Shown here piece after piece: positions 58,020-64,000 of a DNA stretch of 64,000 nt. The position numbers and the translations under genes are program-made. The notes below the pieces were generated by a model. The model was given only the letters and a program-made list of their open reading frames with translations, did not search any database and had not been told where the DNA came from. How positions within the stretch are numbered: position 1 is the first letter of the stretch; the number at the start of each line of letters is the position of its first letter. The DNA is from the human T2T-CHM13v2.0 reference genome, Homo sapiens: assembly GCF_009914755.1 (NCBI RefSeq), contig NC_060936.1; one strand, 5' to 3'.

Positions 58020-58612
58020 ATTAGTAAGCTATGGCTGTATTACAGATCACCTCGACATGGAGTGGCTTAAAACAACGATTTAGTATTGCTCCTAAGTCTA
58101 CATGTCAGCAGGGTGGTTCTGCTGGTCAGGTTGGCTCGGCTGATCTTGGCTGGATGTGCTTATGTGTGTACACCCAGCTGATGGGTGAGCTGGAGGTTGG
58201 CTGATCTCGAATGGTCTCATTCATAAGTCTTGGTTAGTTGGTTGGTGGCCAGGGTGACATGGGTGAGATGCTGAATGTCTCTCAATACCCAGCAAGCAAA
58301 CTCAGACTTGTTCACATGGCAAGCAGAAAGGGTTCCAAGAACAAGATCCTAAGTACCCAAAGCCCCTTGAGGGCAATGACAGTGATGATGATGGTGCTGG
58401 TGATGATTATTGCATTTTCCATCTGTGAACTAGGCTCAGAATGAACACAGTTACCCTCTCACCACATTCCACTGGCCAAAGCAAGTCACCAGGCCAGCCT
58501 AGATACAAGAAGTATGGGGAAAGACTTCCCTTCTTGTTGGGGGGAAGCAGCAAAGTCACATCCCAAAGTGTGCAAAGCAGAGAGGGATGGCATTGTTGTC
58601 ATCAGTCTACCA
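58020..58612 (-). mobile_element. MaLR LTR (MLT1G/H-like) with a foreign insert
   Basis: gagtggcttaaaacaacga...ggccaaagcaagtcac...cagtctacca. Confidence 0.7.
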
Positions 58613-59469
58613 AAAGGCACCAGGGCTGGCCCTGCCTGATAATTCCTGAATTTTCAGTTGTCACATCAGCCAATGCGGATCAGAGCCTGGTCAGTCCCTT
58701 CAGTCCCTGTGTGATCGATCCCAAAAGTGGCTGATAATTCCAAATCGACTGTGTAGGGATCAATTCAATCATGTAACAAGAGACTGACCTTTATCTTTAA
58801 AAAGGGAAGGGAGTGGTCTCTAGGAATGAGAAGCAGCCCCTCGTTTTTCCCTCCTAGATGACTGGGCTGTGCCCCACAGCCTTTAATGAGTGATTGGGCA
58901 GCAAGGGCAATGCCTGCAACCTGTGTCGAGATTTGCCCTTGGCAATCAGCACGGGGTGCTTGGAATGGCTTTGAATGCATTTTCCAATTTCTCTTGTAAA
59001 AGAAAAAAAAATGCTTTCTTCTCAGAGATGTTTATGCCCACTAGGATTCTGGTTGGTACAGTAGTTTTAATAGAGTGAGCTATTCAGGTGTGCTGACTGC
59101 TGGCACTCGCCCGGAGTTCTGAGCTCAGGGACTTCAGAAGCAGGCTTTGTGTAACCCTGTTCAGCATTTTCACCTCTTATTCCCTGCATTTAAAAAAATA
59201 AATGTTCTCTCTTCTAATTTGATAAAATCCAAGATACTATGCTATGACCTGACACATGATCATTATGAGAAAAGACCGATTTCTATCAAGCATGCTTCTG
59301 GGGACTTTTTTTTTTTTTTAATTTGTTTCACTGCAGATTAGAAGAGCAATCATCAGGTTTAGGGCACTTTTTATAAACAGAGAAAAAGGACCAGATCTAT
59401 CAGATGAAACCCTATTCTGATGAAAAGGGAGTCTCTACCCTGTAACAAGAGACAACATCCACATTTTCA

Positions 59470-59720
59470 TTAAGAGCACGAATTCAGAAGCCAGACTGCC
59501 TGGGCTCACATTCCAACTCTGCCATTTGCTGTCTTTTGTGACCTTGGATAAGTCACTGAGGCCCTTTATGCCTCAGTTTCCTCATCTGCAAAACGGGGAT
59601 AATAATAGTACCTTCTTCACAGGATTTTATAAGAATGAACTTAGTTAATGGATATTGGGCACTTAGAACAGTGGTCTGGCATAGAGTAAGGACTCTTATG
59701 GGAAATATTTACCATTAGTA
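59470..59720 (+). mobile_element. MIR
   Basis: ttaagagcacg...ccagactgcctggg...cctcagtttcctcatctgcaaaacggggataataatag. Confidence 0.88.
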
Positions 59721-59800
59721 TTACTTCGTTGTTCTGTTGTTGTTGTTTTTGTTACTACTCTTTATTATCTCAATGGTTCTGTGTATAAGAATTGTGCTCA

Positions 59801-60098
<298 letters not shown>

Positions 60099-60759
60099 GA
60101 ATTGTGCTCAAGTTATCAGTTCAGAAAAATATCAGATCTGAACCAATTCATTCCCACCATTTTCCATCAGTAACTGAAAAATCTATTGAGCTGACTCTGT
60201 GCAGAGCACAGAGCACCCTGTGGTGGACAGGACTCTGTAGGTTGTAGGCTCACGGTCTGGAAAGTCAAGTAATCAGGTAGTTACAGCAGAGCAGGAACCC
60301 AAAGGTGAGGACAGGGAGGACATATTGTAGGGATGGGGATGCTTTAGAACCTCCTTAGAGTGAGCCCAGCCCAGACCCAGAGCAATCAAGGAAGGCTTCC
60401 GGATGGAGATGAGAGCTGAAGCCCAATCACTGAGAGTCAAGAAGGAAGAGGAGCAGGAATATGTATCAGGAGCAGGGAACAGTGCTAAGCACATCACCTC
60501 ACCCTCACTCTCGCCTTTTAAGAGAGGTACTGCAATTACCACCATTTTACAGATAAGAAAACTGAGGCTCAAAGAAGTTAAGTAATTTGGCCAAGGCCAC
60601 AGGGCCAGTAGATGGCAAAGCTAGAAGTTTAACATGGATGGTGCAAAGAGCAAGCATGGTGAGCTTGAGTGACTGAGTGGATTTTTGCCAGGCTGCAGGT
60701 GGTAGCACAAGGAACAGACAGGACAACTCCAGGCTGGAGAGGCGGACGGGGCCTCATGT

Positions 60760-61175
60760 GTGTCAGTGGATTAGTTTGCTGGGGCTGCCATAGTAAACTA
60801 CTAGACTGGGTGGCTTAAAGAACAGAAACGTATTTCCTCATGGTTCTGGAGGCTGAAAGCCCAAGATCAAGGTGCTGTCAGCGTTGGTTTCTCCCAACCC
60901 TCTCGAGGTTGGAGGATCGCTCTCTCCCTGTCTTCTCTGTGTCCTCATATGGTCTTTTTCTCAGTGCTCGCAGCCCTGGCGTCTCTTTAGGCGTCCAAAT
61001 CTCCTCCTCTTATAAGGACACCAGTCAGATTAGATTAGGGACCACCCTAATGGCTTCATTTATAAGTGAATCCACTCTTTAAAGGTCCCATCTCCTAACA
61101 CAGTCACACGCTGAGGTACAGAGGTTCGAATTTCAACAAATGAATCTGGTATGTCCACAATTCAGCCAATTACAA
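60760..61175 (-). mobile_element. MLT1B/C MaLR LTR
   Basis: ggggctgccatagtaaactactagactgggtggctt...ttataaggacaccagtcagattagattaggg. Confidence 0.8.
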
Positions 61176-61621
61176 ATTATTTAGGAAGTTTGAAGATTTT
61201 AAGCAAGAGAGGGAGAGGGTCAGGTTTGCATCCGTTGTTGTCATCTGCAGAAATGAATCTGATGCTCACATGCCCCGCTTCCCCTCCACCACCTTGTGAC
61301 CAAGCAGACCCCATCTCACCAATTCACTTCCTTTGTTCATTTCCCTCCCCACCCCACATATCCCAAAGCCCAGGCCTGCAGGGGCTCCAAGCTGCAAAAC
61401 AGAAGAACCCATAGGCCTCTCCCCCGGCCTCTCACAACCTCCTAGGGTTATGGGGAGGGTATAGTGAGGTGCTCATGGCCCAGTGCCAGGCATGTGGCAC
61501 AGCTAGCTGCTGCTATTGCTAAATGCTGGACATGGCCTATGTACCCAGACCTACCAAAATGCTGTCACCTGTAGGGCCCAAGAAGGTGTTATGGGAGAAG
61601 AAAGAGACAATAACTGAAAAG

Positions 61622-61905
61622 GGGTCAGGTGCAATAGCTCATACCTATAATCCCAGAGCTTTGGGAGGCCAAGGCAGGAGGACCGCTGGAGGCCAGGAGT
61701 TTGACGCTAGCCTAGGCAACGTAGGAAGTCCCCATCTCTACAAAAAAAAATAAAAATTAGCTGGGCATGGTGATGCATGTCTGTAGTCCCAGCTACTCTG
61801 GAAACTGAGGCAGGAGGATCACTTAAGCCCAGGAGTTGGAGGCTGCAGCCTGGTGACAGAATGAGAGCCTGTCTCTTAAACAAATGTTTTATTTAATAAA
61901 AAAAA
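61622..61905 (+). mobile_element. AluJ (diverged, with internal deletion)
   Basis: Alu consensus match. Confidence 0.85.
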
Positions 61906-62650
61906 TTGAAAAAGCTGTGGGCTTACAAGTCCTTTAAATTAGAAGTAAAGGAATAGTAGGCGCTTAGTAGATAATCTGTAGAAGGAAAAGACTCCAGGGA
62001 AGAAAGGAAAGAGAGTTTCTCATGGTAGTTTTCCAAAGACCTGGTGGATACAGCCACCCTAGTACACAGAGGTGAGGGGATGGGGTAGGGCAGGGCTGTT
62101 CCCCTTCAAGCTAAGCAAATGCATGCCTCTCAAGGATTAGCCGGGATAACCCTGGGCCAGCTCCACACTTGAGCCCAGGGATTGGGTATCACCTTCTGAA
62201 GTGGTGCCTTCCTGGAAACAGAGAGTAGAGATACCTTCCTGACCCTGAAAACACCAGGCCTAGGAACCCTGGGGAGTGTTGATGAGGGCAGGATGCAGTT
62301 TCAGAGAAGAGCAATTACACAGGTTCTTAATGGAGGCATCTGGCCCATTAGTGTTAAGAGGAGAAATCTTGCGGGGAGGGGGGTGGCTGGCCAGGACTCC
62401 ACCTTGTTTCCAGGAAAAAGGCAGGCAGCAGGTTAACCCTCTCCTGACCTCGCTCTTGGGGTGACCACTGCATCAGCTTCATCAGCACCTCCTCAGAGCC
62501 CAGGCCCGTGAGAGCACAGACATGGAGTTAAATTGACACTGGTTCAAATTCTCACTAATCCTAGCAGTGTGACCTCAAGTCACTCATTGCCCCTCTCTGA
62601 GCCTCCCATCCCCCATTGTAAAGAGGAGGTGGGAGCGGTATATTACCTAA

Positions 62651-62964
<314 letters not shown>

Positions 62965-63214
62965 TCGTTGTGAGCTTTAAATGAGATACTGAGAACCATC
63001 TCAGTCACCAACAGGCTCTGTGACCTTAAGCAAAGTGATGGCACCTCTCTGAGCCTCAGTTTCCCCTTCTCTAAAATGTGCATAATAATTCATACTCCAG
63101 CAGGTTGTAGGAAGAATTAAATAATGTGTATAAAGTGCCCCCATCAATACCTGCCTCCTTGTAGGTGTTTAATACAAAGTGTCCAAAAAATCAGAAAATG
63201 TAGGTGAGACATAT

Positions 63215-63483
63215 GTGGTTTTGTTGTTTAAGACAGTCTCACTCTGTCACCCAGACTGGCATGCAGTGGTGTGACCTTGGCTCACTACAGCCTTGACCTC
63301 CCTGGCTCAAGCGATCCTCTTACCCCAGCCTCCCAAGTAGCAGGGATCACAGGTGCATGCCACCACACCCAGCTCATTTTTGTATTTTTTGTAGGCTAGT
63401 CTCAAACTCCTGAGATCAAGCAACCCACCCGCCTCAGCCTCTCAAAGTGCTGGGATTACACAAATGCGCCATCATTCCCAGCC
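63215..63483 (-). mobile_element. AluJ with internal deletion
   Basis: TSD gagacatat. Confidence 0.85.
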
Positions 63484-63849
63484 TGAGACATATTTTTAAA
63501 CAGTGTTTTAGTGAATATTTTCAAGTAATATGCTCTTTGTGTTTTTCTTCAAAACCCAGCTACATTTTCAGGCAAAGGACTCATAAATGTAAAGCAATGC
63601 ATCCCATTTTTAATCTGGGGGGAGAAGAACAATTAATACACTAGTTTCCCTGAGTTTCCAGACTTTTTACACACTCTTAGTTTATTTATTGTACTTTTAT
63701 CAGATTAACAATTGGACATACATAGGATGCTGATTTCCTTGAAGCCTCTCATTTGCCTGAGTCAAGACTTCCAGCTGGGGGACCCCTTCTTGTTTCTCTC
63801 CCTGCTATATATACAAATTCTCAGTAACTGGCATTGGATAATCTCATTT

Positions 63850-64000
63850 CAAATGGGCTCTATCACCTACTGGCCTGGTGACCTGGCACAACTTCCTAAA
63901 GTCCTGTGAGCCTCTGATTCCTCATCTGTAAAATGGGCTACAGAATATCTCATGGGCCCATTGCAAAGGCCAAATGAGATGATACATGCAAAATACTTGC
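63850..64000 (+). mobile_element. MIR
   Basis: ttcctcatctgtaaaatggg...aaatgagatgatacatgcaaa. Confidence 0.8.

Overview
Primate (almost certainly human) genomic DNA lying inside the CCDC60 gene on the + strand. I recognise the gene from the spliced peptide VPDKPMKSIKYMDKEIINLKKDLIRSR-FLIQSVKIGRGYF...HYGDTLLS-TYDDEKLK...SLTEAHV. Three internal coding exons are present: 4072-4151, 47358-47528 and 54458-54565 (probably exons 2-4). The rest is intron, densely filled with Alu, L1, L2, MIR, MaLR/ERV LTRs, DNA-transposon fossils and simple repeats. Essentially all ORFs in the supplied track are repeat-derived noise. I found no new protein-coding system. The most unusual signals are structural: (1) a 232-bp inverted copy of nearby sequence inserted between two identical 69-bp polypyrimidine direct repeats (39359-40400); (2) two more local inverted templated copies next to simple repeats (58373-58434 and 57309-57456); (3) a foreign patch inside a MER4-group LTR; (4) a MER41A provirus collapsed to LTR + tRNA-Arg PBS + terminus inside one TSD; (5) two twin-primed L1s; (6) a 243-nt AG-exclusion zone before exon 3; (7) a strong CTCF site; and (8) a candidate truncating alternative last exon. 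Repeat subfamily names come from recall of consensus sequences, and repeat boundaries are approximate unless a TSD is given.
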